This document shows positions 1-12,838 of a DNA stretch of 60,000 nt, piece by piece. The stretch comes from Malacoraja senta. Lineage: Eukaryota. The stretch covers positions 994,001-1,054,000 of the forward strand of contig CM075996.1 of NCBI GenBank assembly GCA_038087875.1, written 5' to 3'. The translations under genes were made by a program, and so were the position numbers. The notes under the pieces were generated by a model that was not told the origin of the DNA, did not search any database, and saw only the letters and a list, made by a program, of their open reading frames with translations. Positions within the stretch are counted from its first letter, which is position 1, and each line of letters opens with the position of its first letter.

Positions 1-225
1 AAAGCCAAATAACCGAATGGAAACTACGGCGAAAAGCCAAATAACCGAACGTAAACGACGCGGAAAAGCCAAATAACCAAATGGCAACGACGCGGAAAAG
101 CCAAATAACCGAACGGACGTGTCCGTTCGGTTATTTGGCTTTTCCGCGTCGTTGCCATTTGGTTATTTGGCTTTTCCACGTCATTTCCATTCGGTATCTT
201 GGCTTCCACTTCTTTTCGCTTCGGC
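1..225. repeat. Palindromic array: tandem AAAGCCAAATAACC(G)AA units mirrored by their reverse complement (MITE/foldback-like; truncated by window start)
   Basis: Symmetry centre at 119-120 (CCGAACGGAC-gt-GTCCGTTCGG); left units AAAGCCAAATAACC, right units GGTTATTTGGCTTT. Confidence 0.8.
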
Positions 226-639
226 TTTTCGTCCTTCGACGCCCCGTCTGGGTACCATCCCTTTCACTCATGGGATGTTGACCTCGCTGGCCAGAGCAGC
301 AGTTATCATCCCAACCCTAATTTCCCCTTGAGCCATTGAGTCCATCGCAAGGATTGAGACAGAACAGCAGTGAGCAATTAATATATATCCAAACCATGGC
401 TGACTTTTGACTCGGGGAACTTGTGTGCTTCTGTGCCCATGCACCTGATGTCGTTGGCCCTCCAGGCAGATACTTATCAACGGGGACCTTGCACGGTGGA
501 CTTAGATGGGTATACAATTTTTTGGCGACCAAATTCAGTGTCCAGGTTAAAATTGCCCATCTTGCTTCATTCTTACAATGTAGAGGTTTAGTACAGCTGA
601 GTTCTCCGCCAAGCTATTTTCGAGTCTGCCACATTTTTG

Positions 640-880
640 TGAGTCTGGAGTGACATAGAGGCCAGACTGGGTACGAATAGCATATTTCTTTCCCCGGAAG
701 ACATTAGTGCTTTAGTGTTTTTGCAATGATTTAAGGTGCTAGCTTTTGCCTTCCATATTTATTTAATTACCTCAATTTAAATATCAGGACTGTTGTGGTG
801 GGACTCAAACTGCAAATCTTCAGGTAATTAATGCGAACCTCTGGATGCTAATCCAGTAATTTAACTACAATGCCACTGTG
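640..880 (-). mobile_element. Degenerate chondrichthyan SINE-like repeat (other copies ~7190-7460 on -, ~17420-17650 on +)
   Basis: Shared motifs among the three copies, e.g. GAAGGAAATCTGCC...CCAG...GGTTGACTCTTA and its reverse complement; family name uncertain. Confidence 0.5.
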
Positions 881-1284
881 CCCAGTAAAGATGTGGAAGG
901 TGAGGATTAAATCAATCCCAACCAGTAGGTCCAAAACTCAATTGTAGTAAAAAAAAATATCACCAAACTTAAAATGGTTAAATTATTTGAATTAGGAGGG
1001 AAAGAGTGGAAAATGAGTGGTTCTGGAACACATCATGCCAAGTCACACAGGGCAAACAGGCATGAACATCTTGCAAAAATGCATTTAATGTGGTTACATC
1101 CATAGAAATGTTGCTGATCATTTGATTCAATATGGCTCAGTTTCAGACAGTAGCCAGAGAGAGTGATGGAGTCACTGATGAGAGAATGGAGATTATGGAT
1201 AGGGAGCAAAGACAATGGTATCAGTCTCTCTATATTTAGTTGCGTGACATTTAGCATTTGATGTCAAGCTGCCTGTTAAAGTAA

Positions 1285-1617
1285 AAGGCCTGTCCCACTG
1301 CACGAGGTAATTCAAGAGTTCTCCTCTGATTCGAGCTCGTATAATGTCCGTAGCGGGTACGTAGGAGCTCGTGGATGTCACGTAGCGGCTCGTACGAGTA
1401 ACGGTAGGTACTCGGGAAATCAGGTAAACTCGTGACGTTTTTTCAACACTGAAAAATGTCCACGAGTAAAAAAATACTCGCGATAAAAAAAATCGTTACT
1501 TTTTACTCGTACGAGCCCCTACGAGACATCCACGAGCTCCTACGTACCCGCTACGTCCATTACACAAGCTCGAATCGGGAGAACTCTTGAATTACCTCGT
1601 ACAGTGGGACAGGTCCT
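1285..1617. mobile_element. PIF/Harbinger-type MITE
   Basis: Long TIRs AAGGCCTGTCCCACTGCACGAGGTAATTCAAGAGTTCTCC / GGAGAACTCTTGAATTACCTCGTACAGTGGGACAGGTCCT; TAA/TTA flanks. Confidence 0.85.
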
Positions 1618-2149
1618 TTAGGACTGGTCATCACAAAGAGGTAGGTTTTAAAGAGGACTTACAAGAGGGAAGTGAGACCTTTAGATTTAGCGGGGGGGGG
1701 GGGATTCCAGGGGTTTGGGACCATCCATGGCTGATAACAGTGGAGCAACGGAGATCAGGGCCGGAACCAAGAGCAAGGAACATGGGGATCTTGGAGTAAC
1801 AGAAGGGGTGTTGAAAGCAAGGATGTGAATTTTACAACAAATCCATTACTTACCCAGGAATCACAATAAGTCAGTGACACATGGACAGTTGGATGCCTGG
1901 TGCAAGTTAGGAATTAGTAGCAGAGTTTTGCATCGAGCTTAAATTTGCAGAGATTAGAATGTGGCAAAAATAGATTTCGTGCATTGGAATAGTCATGTGT
2001 GTAGATAACAAAGGAACAAATTAAGGTTTCAACAGCAGGTGAGCTGAGGCGGCGTTGGATTTGAGTGCTACTGAGCTTGAGACATTTGATCTGAGTGAGT
2101 AGATATGTAGACTGTAGTTATTCTTGGGATATATTGCACCGTCAATATG

Positions 2150-2282
2150 GGTAGGAAGGAACTGCAGATGCTGGTTTACACCGAAGATAGATACAAAATG
2201 CTGGAGTAACTCAGAGGGGACAGGCAGCATCTCTGGATAGAAGGAATGGGTGACGTTTCGGTTCGAGACCCTTCTTCAGACT
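2150..2282 (-). mobile_element. Penelope-type terminal-repeat fragment with hammerhead ribozyme core
   Basis: Reverse complement AGT-CTGAAGA-AGGGTCTCGAACC-GAAACGTC-ACCC followed by the GATGCTGCCTG...GAGTTACTCCAGCA tail shared by many copies in the window. Confidence 0.65.
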
Positions 2283-2824
2283 TTGGAGTTTCAGGGAGTA
2301 GCCGGGAAGTGTGATGGAGACACTGATGAGGGGGGAATGGAGATTATGGACAGGGGTCAAAGACCATGGTATCAGCCTCTCAATATTTAGTTTCATGACA
2401 TTTATGCTCATCCAGTGCTGAATGTCTGACAGACTGTCTGACAAAGCAGCACAACACTGTCTCCGCCTACATTCTTTCTTTGTCCTGCCCCCTTCCCCGA
2501 CATCAGTCTGAAGAAGCAGTCTCGACCCGAAATGTCGCCAATTCCTTCTCTCCATTGATGCTGCCTCTCCCGCTGAGTCTCTCCAGCATTTTGTGTGTCC
2601 ACCTTCGATTTTACCAGCATCTGCAGTTCTTTCTTAGACAACAACACTGGGGCATGCTGTTCTTTACTTCCTCTTGTCTATGTAGATATATCCTCTAACT
2701 TCAACTTCACAATATTTTATGGTGATTTTATGTAAACCCTTCCAGTGTAAGGTCTGTTAATCTACGACCATATAAAACTTTTGAGCATTATTTCACTAGA
2801 GAAATTGAAAAGCTCTTATTGATT

Positions 2825-3030
2825 TGCCTCAGAGGGCGGTGGAGGCCGGTTCTCTGGATACTTTCAAGAGAGAACGAGATAGGGCTCTTAAAGATAGCGG
2901 AGTCAGGGGATATGGGGAGAAGGCAGGAACGGGGTACTGATTGGGGATGATCAGCCATGATCACATTGAATGGCGGTGCTGGCTCGAAGGGCCGAATGGC
3001 CTACTCCTGCACCTATTGTCTATTGTCTAT
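2825..3030 (+). mobile_element. CR1 (HER1-type) LINE 3' end
   Basis: Near-identical to the CR1 3' ends at 9480-9660, 5815-6035 (-) and 50880-51100 (-); (TATTGTC) tail. Confidence 0.85.
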
Positions 3031-3449
3031 TGTTTATTTAATAACCCTTTCCCAGCTGAACCACAAAGCTTTTTTCCCCTCAGAATACGGTGCAGGTTGG
3101 GCTGAAACTCCAGAACAAGCGAGCATAATCTTAACACCACAACCACGTTATTCAAGAAACCCTCGTTCACACAAAGGGTGGTGCAAATTCAGAAATATCC
3201 CCCCTTCCCACACCCCACCCCATCCCACCAAAGAGCTTTGAGTCTGGAGGTTAGTAGAAATTGTCTAAACAAAGATCGTATATAGTTTCGTTGAACATCG
3301 GGCTTACAAAACCAAGGTGAGGAGATCGAATCAAGATCCATTTCATGATCTCATTGAATGGCAAAACATTTTGGAGAGGCTGACTGGTATTTTCTTATTC
3401 CCACATTCCACTGGGCTGCATGTTGGATGTAACAGACACCAAGAGTCGT

Positions 3450-4040
3450 AGCTTGTAGTTTAACCCGGGCAAGTGCGAGGTGTTGCACTTTGGGAGGTTG
3501 AATGTAAGAAGAGAGTATGGTTAATGGCAAGATCCTTAACAGCATTTATGTGCAGTGGGATCTTGGAGTCTAAATTTGTAGCTCACTAAAGATGGCAGCA
3601 CAAGTAGGTAGGGGTGGTGAAGAAGGCATATGGTATGCTTGCCTTAATCGCTAGGGGCTTTGAATGGAAGAGTCAATAAGGTCATGTTTCAGCTCTATAG
3701 GACTTTGATTGGAGTACTGCATGCAGTTTTGGTCGCCTCAATACAGAAAAGATGTGGAAGCTTTGAAGATACTGCAGAGGAGGTTTATCAGAATGCTGCC
3801 TGGATGATAGGGTTTCAGCTATAGGGAGAGGTTTATAAGGTTCATTTATTTGGATAGGGTTGGATAGACTTGAATTTGTTTTCTCTGGAAGATTGGTGGT
3901 TAAGGGGAGGCTTATAAAATTATGAGAGACATTCAGAACCTTTTTCCCAGGCTGGCAATATGCAACCCTACCTATAAGGTGAGAGGGGGAAAGTTTAATG
4001 GAGATGTGCGGGCAAGTTATTTACACAGAGGATGGTGGAG
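3450..4040 (+). mobile_element. Degenerate CR1 LINE RT fragment
   Basis: KCEVLHFG / DLGV / LEYCMQFWSP-like motifs with stops and frameshifts. Confidence 0.8.
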
Positions 4041-4177
4041 AAACAATGTGGAGAACTCTGGAGCTGGTAAAATGACTCAGGAAGGGGGAGAGGAGGAGAG
4101 GATGAGATTAAGTTACTTAAAATTAGAGAATTCATTGTTCATACCGCTGGGTTGTAAGCTACAATAGTGAAATATGA

Positions 4178-4611
4178 GTAAGTAAGTAAGTTTATTGGCC
4201 AAGTAATCACATACAAGGAATTTGCCTTGGTGCTCCGCCCACAAGTAACAACATGACATACAGTGACAGTTACGAATGACTCAGAAAACACTAAACATTC
4301 ATAATAATAAAACATTAATGATAAAACACCATTGATCAAGCATGTGAACCAACAAAATACCAGATCAAAGGGAGGCTACAGATTTTTGGCTGTTGAGTAG
4401 AGCAACTACTCGTGGATAAAAACTGTTTTTATGTCTGGCTGTGGCAGCTTTGACAATCCGGAGTCGCCTTCCAGAGGGAAGTGATTCAAAGAGTTTGTGG
4501 CCAGGGTGAGAGAGGTCAGAGATGATCTTGCCCGCTCGCTTCCTGGCCCTTGCAGTGTACAGTTCATCAATGGAGGGAAGGTTGCAGCCAATAACCTTCT
4601 CTGCTGACCTC
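4178..4611 (-). mobile_element. 5'-truncated Rex1/Babar LINE with TSD
   Basis: ORF RSAEKVIGCNLPSIDELY...HPGHKLFESLPSGRRLR...RHKNSFYP; (CTTA)n tail; flanking direct repeat AAATATGAG (4169-4177, 4612-4620). Confidence 0.85.
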
Positions 4612-6228
4612 AAATATGAGGCAGCTCATATTTCCACCTCCATATTGTTTCTCTTGAGATCACTCCTTCCCTAGCCAACAATGGCCCTACCTGGCAACGC
4701 CATGCCTGAGGTCATTTGTGGCTGACCCAGATTGGTCCTGGTCTATTCTCGCCTCCAGCTTACTCCTCCCCTCCCCCCCCCCCACTTTCAGTCTTAAGAA
4801 GGGTCCCAGCCCAAAACATCACCCATCCTTTTTCTCCAAGATGCTGCCTGACCCGCTGAGTTGCTCTATCTTTGGTATAAACCAGCATCTGCAGTTCTTT
4901 GTTTCTATTGCTCGCCAGGCTTTGCCCCATCCTACCTCTCTTTTTGAGCTTCCCCCCCGCCACTCCATCAGACTAAAGACGGGTCCCAACCCAAAATGGC
5001 GTCTGTCCATTCCCTTCGCAGATGCTGCCTGACTGTGTGGCCCCCTCCAGCACTTTGTTTTTCCATGAAGAAGATTCCAGCATCTGCGGTTTCTTGTGTC
5101 GCCAACTGCTCAGACACAGGACTGTTTTCCAATCCAACCCTCAGCAGAGAAGATTATTGGATTTCCTATCCAATAAACTGGGCTATTAGCACCCATAAGG
5201 ATTCCAGTATCCGAAAGGCTCGTCCTTTCTCTCCTGGTTCCTTACATGGAATCATAACTTGATCCCACTGAGTTCTAATTCTATGCAAAACATTGGAAAT
5301 CCAGCCATGATCCCAGTCCTGGCAACCTCCACATGCCCCTCTCTGGTTACAGTCTTAGTGGATTCGTTTGCTGTTACTGGATGTGCTCAGTATAGGCATC
5401 CATACCTCCCATAATGAATGGCCACTGTGAAAATATTAACAGCTGGCAGTTGCTTCAAAGGAATTGGGGATAATGCTTGAGGATCTGCTGGAATTTTAAC
5501 TTTTTAAACTTGCTGTGAAAGTGCAAAGTAAACTGCTGTACGGTAGCAGAAGCGAAATCTTCATTGTTGGTGGGGTAATACAATCTGTCTGTTTACCAAG
5601 TGTGATTCAATCCCCCTGGCTACGTTCAGGTAGAGAGCACTGGTAGCAGTATCGGATTCAAATTTTACATCCGCCTCTGTCGAACAGGTGAGATGGAGCA
5701 GGGCAGAGGAATCCTGCTGAGATATATGAAGTATCAAGCACATAAGGGGCTAATAAACTTGGAAGAGAAAAGACAGAAGGATAAGGAGAGACAGGCAAAG
5801 ACACACAAAGGGATAGATACAATAGACAATAGGTGCAGGAGTAGGCCATTCGGCCCTTCGAGCCAGCACCGCCATTCAGTGTGATCATGGCTGATCATCC
5901 CCAATCAGTACCCCGTTCCTGCCTTCTCCCCATATCCCCTGACTCCACTATCTTTAAGAGCCCTATTTAACTCTCTCTTGAAAGTATCCAGAGAACCGGC
6001 CTCCACCTCCCTCTGAGGCAGAGAATTCCACAGACTCACAGGCAAAGGGAGAAGCCTAGAAAATAAAAATGGAGAGTGGGAGATACAATAGACAATAGGT
6101 ACAGGAGTAGGCCATTCGGCCCTTCGAGCCAGCACCGCCATTCAATGTGATCATGGCTGATCATCCACAATCAGTACCCCGATACAATGAGTACCTCGAT
6201 ACAATCAGTACCTCAGTACAACGAGTAC

Positions 6229-6520
6229 TGGTGGCAGAGCGGTAGAGTTGCTGCCTTACAGCCCCAGAGACCAGGGTTCGATCCTGACTACGGGTGCTGT
6301 CCATATGGTGTTTGTACGTTCTCCCCGTGACCGGGTTGGGTTTTCTCCGGGATCTCCTGTTTCCCCCCCCACATTTCAAAGACGTTTGAGGGCTTGTAGG
6401 TTAATTGGCTTGGTGAAATTGTCCCCAGTGACTAGGATAGTGCTCACATGTGGCGATCGCTGGTCAGCGCGGACCCGGTGCGCCTGTTACCGCGCTGTAT
6501 CTGTAAGCTAAACTAAACTA
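6229..6520 (+). mobile_element. HE1-type V-SINE (tRNA-derived)
   Basis: A-box-like TGGCAGAGCGGT, B-box GGTTCGATCC, V-domain GTTTGTACGTTCTCCCCGTGAC, (CTAAA)n tail. Confidence 0.85.
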
Positions 6521-7756
6521 AAATACATTGGTAAAGATGGAAACTGCCGAGGGAGAGAGAAAGAAAAAGTGAAGCGAGGGAGAGAGGGCGTGGAAAAAGG
6601 AGAAGGTTGACGAAAAGAGATGAAGGATGGAGAAGGATAATGAGATTGTGAGCTTGTAATAAACAAGGGAGGCAGTGAATACAAGAATGCAGAATGAACA
6701 AAAAGCGAGCAAGAATGTGAACAGAAAATAAAGGGAGGGATTTAAAATTGTTGCCATATTGGACCCATTTTCCAGATGTAACAAAATATATATTTTTAAT
6801 CCCCTCAAAGGATGTTGGAGGCACTGACATAGTCAGCATTTATTGCCCACCCCTTGAAAATGGTGAGCCTCCTTCATGAGTCATTGCAGTCAGGACAGTG
6901 AAAGCAGACACACAGTGCTGAGACCATGCTTCTGACTGAGAGTCAGGGGATAGGGAGATAGGGAGATAGTGACTACCTCTGTGTCTTCCCCCTGACTCTC
7001 AGTCTGAAGAAGGGTCTCAACCCGAAACATCACCCATTCCTCCTCTCCCGAGATGCTTGCCGCCTGAGTTACTCCAGCATTTTGTGTCTATCCCTGGTGC
7101 AAACCAACATCTGCAGTTCCTTCCTACACATACAGTGCCCCTATTAGGCAGGCTTTCGTAATACTTTAGGGGAACTGGGTGTCTTGCTGGGTGATTTCAG
7201 GAGGCAGGTTCAGTCCCTTTGCTGTTGATCCTGAGTCAGGCACGGGCTAGTCTGAGTAAAGACAGCAGGTTTCCTTCCCTGAGAGGCATTAGGGGGCCAG
7301 ATATGATTTTACTTCAATCCAGGCATTTCATAAACAATTATTAATAATCTGGCTTCCAATATAATTGAATAAGCTCAAATTCCTCATCTGCCACGATGGC
7401 ATTTGAACTTGAATCTGGACTGTTAAAGTCTTGCTTTCTGGTTTACTAGACCAGTAACATTAACAACTTTGTTACCAAGCCAGCGGTTATCAGGAAACCT
7501 TATATACTATTACTTTATTAACAGCTCCCTCATCTCTGACTTGCACTGTTCGTTCCGAACTGATTTTGCTACAACTGAAAATACTTGTAAAATAAAGACG
7601 CAAATAAGGGAGTAAAATTTAGGGACATTGTTCTGATATCGGGAGGACAGCTGTACTGCAAGCAGGTGTTGTTTCAGTCATTCTCTTATCCAGTCCCAGT
7701 AAATAACAATAGTCAGCACTGTAAATGTCACCTAAACTTCTAAAAACAGTGAGTAA

Positions 7757-8062
7757 AGGGGCTGTCCCACTGTACGAGCTAATTCAAGAGTTCTCCCGAG
7801 TTTCCCCTGATTCGAACTCGGAGAATTACGGTAATGGCCGCTCGTAGGTACTTGGGGCTCTCGTGGACGTTTTTCAACATGTTGAAAATCTTCACGCGCT
7901 TACCGCGTTTCCCGAGTACCTGCCGTTAGCGTTACGAGCCGCTAAGAGACGTCCCGAGCTCCGACGTACCCGCTACGTACATTCTATGTGCTTACCACGA
8001 GTTTGATTTTTTTTTAAACTCGGGAGAGCTCTTGAATTACCTCGTACAGTGGGACAGGCCCT
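7757..8062. mobile_element. PIF/Harbinger-type MITE
   Basis: TIR AGGGGCTGTCCCACTGTACGAG / CTCGTACAGTGGGACAGGCCCT; TAA TSD on both sides. Confidence 0.9.
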
Positions 8063-9036
8063 TAAATCAGCCAGAATGAAATTTAAAATAGAGACAAAAA
8101 GTACTGGAGTGACTCAGCGGATCTGACAGCATCTCTGGAGAACATGGATAGGTGACGTTTCGGGTCGAGGCCCTTGGACAGTCTGAAGAAGGTCCCGAAC
8201 GCGAAACGTCACCTATCTTCAGACTGAAGCAGGGCCCAACCCGAAACGTCACCAATTCATGTTCTCCAGAGATGCTGCCAGATCCCCTGAGTTACTCCAA
8301 CACTTTATGTCTTTTTTTGGTAAACCAGCACTTGCAGTTCCTTGTGTCACCATCAGATTATGTTTATATATTTCTGTTAAACCTTTACCACTGTTTCACA
8401 TCAAGCACTAACAATTGGGCAGCGTTGTGGAGCAACAGGTAGTGCTGTTGGCTCACACTGACCCGGGATCGATCCTGATCTGGTGGTGAATCCGTGGAAT
8501 TCATTGCCGCAGAAGGCTGTGGAGGCCATCAATGGATATTTTTAGGGCAGAGATAGATAGATTCTTGATCAATACGGGTGTCAGGGGTTGTGTAGAGAAG
8601 GCAGGAGAATGTGGTTAAGAGGGAAAGATAGATCACCCATGATTGAATGGCGGAGTAGACTTGATGGGCCGAATGGCCTAATTCTGCTCCTATCACTTAT
8701 TAAATTGTGACCTCTCGTTCTGTCTGTGTGGAGTTTGCATGTTCTTTCTGTGACCATGCAGGTTGTTGCCACCATCCCAAAAATATGTTGGTTGGCAGAT
8801 GAATTGGCCGTGTAAATCATCATGTCGGGCAGCTCTATGATAGAGGAATCAGGGGATGTTATGCGGACAAGGGAGAATAGGTTAAAGAGAAACATGGGAA
8901 GATGGGATTGCTCTGAGATTTAGTATGAACTTGATGAGCTGAATGGCCTACTTCTGCATTGTAAAGAAATATGATAAATCGACACCAGCAACAAAAAACC
9001 TGCATTGTATTAAGGATAAGGGGTAAGCCATTTAGA

Positions 9037-9420
9037 GGCCGCTTCTAAGGCCGCCTGGGTCAAGATGAGATGGAGAGACCAGTGGAAGTCAGCGGAACCA
9101 TCTAGGCTACACCAGTACATCGATGACCCCATGGACGTCCCTGGCCAGGACCTGCCCCGAAAGCAGTGGACAACCCTCAACCGCTTGACGACAGCCATCG
9201 GACGCTATGGAGTAGCGATGAAGAGGTGGGGCCTCGTGGACAGCGAGTGCCTCCTGCGAGTGTGGGGACCCAACACACAGACAGTGGAGCACATAGTCAC
9301 CAGTTGCCCCAAACACCGGCCACCGAATGGTGAACGAGGTCTGATTGACCTGGACGATGACACATTGGCCTGGCTCGCCTCAATGGAGCTGCAGGTCTAA
9401 ACGACACACGATAGAAGAAG
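9037..9420 (+). mobile_element. Vingi/Ingi-like non-LTR element 3' fragment inserted in a CR1 3' end
   Basis: LPRKQWTTLNRL...MKRWGL..S...QTVEHIVTSCP C-terminal motif; (GAA)n tail; 12-bp TSD AAGCCATTTAGA (9025-9036, 9421-9432). Confidence 0.75.
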
Positions 9421-10570
9421 AAGCCATTTAGAACGGAGATGAGCAAACACTTTTTCTCACAGAGAGTTGTGAGTCTGTGGAATTCTCTGCCTCAGAGGGC
9501 GGTGGAGGCCGTTTCTCTGGATACTTTCAAGAGAGAGCTAGATAGGGCTCTTAAAGATAGCGGACTCAGGGGATATGGGGAGAAGGCAGGAACGGGGTAC
9601 TGATTGGGGATGATCAGCCATGATCACATTGAATGGCGGTGCTGGCTCGAAGGGCCTATTGTCTATTGGCCTTTATGCTCTCCATCACTGTAGCAGATAC
9701 AAAAGGAATTAAGACAAGGCTACGGCCAGGACCAGGTTGGTTACAAAGAAAGGGATACCCTGAGATACTGGGAAAAAGGCAGGGATCAGAATAGGGACCA
9801 AACACAAAAGAGTGGATGGTCAACAGAGATTTAGTCGGTAGATGTGGGTGAGGACCCAGTCCATCATCGGCTCTGATCTCCCTTCCATCGAGGGGATCTA
9901 TCACAGTCGCTGCCTCAAAAAGGCTGGCAGCATCATCAAGGACCCACACCATCCGGGCCATACACTCATCTCCCTACTACCTTCAGGTAGAAGGTACAGG
10001 AGCCTAGATAGGGCTCTTAAAGATAGCGGAGTCAGGGGATATGGGGAGAAGGCAGGAACGAGGTACTGATTGGGGATGATCAGCCATGATCATGTTGAAT
10101 GGCGGTGCTGGCTCGTAGGGCTCGTTGTCTAGCCAGGGGAAATATTGGTTGGTATTCATGACATCACCTTCAGAAGTCGAAAAGTTATCCAGTTTGGGAA
10201 CTAGTCTACTAGTTATACTAGAACTAAACTAGTCAGTCTCCCCCTTCTGTCGTGGGGTAGACTGACTCTCCTCCCGCCCCCCCCCCCCCCCCATCCCCAA
10301 TCCTTTCCATTCATCACTTTAATTTCATGTTTCGTGTATCTTGTGTTTTTATGACTGTTGGCAGATTAATTTCCCTCCTGGAATAAAGTTTTGTCATATC
10401 GTATATTGTATAAATATCTTTCAGTGGGAGTCTCTATCCAAGTTGAATATAGATTTCAGGGAAACACAGTGGAATGGGGCAGATGCATTTGCTTTGAGAG
10501 CTGGCATAGAATCGGTGGGCTGAATGGCTTCCTGTGTCATAACGAAATATGAGAAACTGGGACGGCAGTA

Positions 10571-10799
10571 AGGGCCTGTCCCACTTGGCGATTTTTTTCA
10601 GTGACTGCCGGCGTCATATCAGTGTCGCCAAAAAAGATTTTGAACATTTCAAAATCCAGCGGCGACAAAAAAATGTCGCAACACTCGGAAAAAAACACCG
10701 CGTGTCATACGTCATCACGCCGCAAATTTTTCGGTGACCTGATACGTCAGTCAATGATGCCGGCAGTCGCCGAAAAAATAGCCAAGTGGGACAGGCCCT
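10571..10799. mobile_element. PIF/Harbinger-type MITE
   Basis: TIR AGGGCCTGTCCCACTTGGC / GCCAAGTGGGACAGGCCCT with extended internal inverted symmetry. Confidence 0.85.
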
Positions 10800-11395
10800 A
10801 TAGAGGGGATTTTACTTTTGTCTAATCTGTGTGGTCCCTACTTAAAGAGTGTTTGTCATAGTCCTGGCAACATCCTCGTAAATCTCTGCATTCTCTCCAG
10901 TTTCACAACTTCTTTCCCATAACAAGGGTGACCAAAACTGAACAGGATACTGCAAGTGTGGCCTCACCAACATCTAAGTGCGGCCTCACACAGTGCTTAA
11001 TGGGAGAGTGCTTTATCTAACCTGCTCTCACTGCCGGGTGAGGGACTGACGGGATAGTCCAGGAGGAGTACCTTCAGTATCTGTGATGGAAGTTTTATTC
11101 AAGTATTTAACCAGTGCTGTACTTAATCTGGAAGTTTGATAGATTGGTGAAGAGAGAAAATAGCTCTAATAAGGGTCTCGACCCGAAACGCCGCTTATTT
11201 CCTTCTCTCCATAGATGCTGCCTCACCCGCTGAGTTTCTCCAGCATTTGTGTCTACCTTGCAACTAAAGGAGGGTCTGTCCCACTTTCACGACCTAATTC
11301 ACGACCTCTGCCGTGTTTGCCGTTGACACATACTCGCAGCATGGTCGTCACGAGGTCGTAGGAGGTCGTAGGCAGGTTGTGATGCTAGTCGAAGG

Positions 11396-12000
11396 CAAAG
11401 ATTATAGAGCAGAGCAAGATGCGCCACTCTGCGGAAAAAGCGTAGTATGACATGGGTGAGTGTTGACGCTATTTTACCGGACTGCAATTTACAATAATAA
11501 TAATAATATTTACAATAATATTAACTAAATGTGTGAAGTGATAGATGCTATATAAAACACTGTTCCCTACAACACGGATTACACCAAAGATGATAGAGCA
11601 GATCAATCTTTGGAACGGATTACACCAAAGATACTAGAGGAGCATTACCCGCTGCCTCGGGAGCGCCGACGCTTGAGGCTCTCCCGCCAGACAGACAGAG
11701 AGCCTGGTGCCGGCCGGCCACCTTCATCTGGTATCGGGGGGACCGAGAATCAGTCCTGGATCAACTCAGGAGTGGAGGAAACGTCCTCTTCCCCCAAAGA
11801 TACTTGAGGAGCCTCCAGTATCTTTGCTCTTCCCTGCGACCTGATGTAAGCGCAGATTGTATAACTGTGGAGTCCGTCCCCTCTACCAAAGATGTCGCGT
11901 TTTGCTTTAAAAAATGGCGGCCGTGACGTTCCGTTACGTACTACACGTCAGTCCATTGGATTTCGGAGGAGTGGTCTATCTTGCTCCTCTAGTATCTTTG
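11396..12000. mobile_element. Non-autonomous hAT-type element nested in a Harbinger MITE that starts at 11271
   Basis: Termini CAAAGAT...ATCTTTG; 8-bp TSD GTCGAAGG (11388-11395, 12001-12008); internal copies of the terminal motif. Confidence 0.85.
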
Positions 12001-12029
12001 GTCGAAGGTACTCGTGGCATCAAGTAGGT

Positions 12030-12229
12030 NNNNNNNNNNNNNNNNNNNNNNNNNNNNNNNNNNNNNNNNNNNNNNNNNNNNNNNNNNNNNNNNNNNNNNN
12101 NNNNNNNNNNNNNNNNNNNNNNNNNNNNNNNNNNNNNNNNNNNNNNNNNNNNNNNNNNNNNNNNNNNNNNNNNNNNNNNNNNNNNNNNNNNNNNNNNNNN
12201 NNNNNNNNNNNNNNNNNNNNNNNNNNNNN
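12030..12229. other. Assembly gap (200 N)
   Basis: Run of N. Confidence 1.
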
Positions 12230-12805
12230 TGGCCAAAAATCACAGCAGTAAGTGGCAGCGTTTTTTCTAAAATCAATATACAGAACAACAGGAAGTGGTT
12301 AAGATCAGACTTTTAGTAATATACTAGACCAAGTGGACACCGAACGTGCTTAAGACCCCGGGGTGTGAGATCCCGAACGTGCTTCAGACCCCGGGGTGAA
12401 AATCATTAGCGAAAAAAACCCAGAACATGTTTCAGACCCCGGGGTGAAAATTCAGAACGTGCTTCAGACCCCTGGACACTGAACGTGCTTCAGAACCCGG
12501 GGTTTTAGAGTCCGAACGTGATTCATACACCAGGTTGAAAATCGCTAGCGAAAAAAAGATGGCGTCGTTTTCGGAGCAGAGGCGGTCGACAGGTGGCTGA
12601 CCAGCAGGAAGAGACAAAATGAGTGAGTGGGGTGGTGATGGATTTTATTTTAAAATGTGTACATAAATACGACGAAATGTAATCAGGAGTGGCTAATCGC
12701 AAAGAAAAATAAAATCTCTACCGAAATGGAAAAAATCTCGGCGTTTCTGCGTGCGGTGTTGGCGTAGCGCGGTATCAAAGGGGCTGGCTGGCACAAGTCG
12801 AGCAG

Positions 12806-12838
<33 letters not shown>

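Larger units (their letters stand above)
1135..2460 (-). mobile_element. L2 LINE fragments (1135-1255 and ~1625-2460), interrupted by younger elements
   Basis: Minus-strand translation LSDSLSDIQHWMSINVMKLN...SITLPGYSLKL resembles the L2 RT C-terminal region; 1140-1255 and 2290-2404 are homologous. Confidence 0.65.

Noticed and set aside
6229..6300. tRNA gene
   Set aside because: tRNA-derived SINE head continuing into V-domain and tail.
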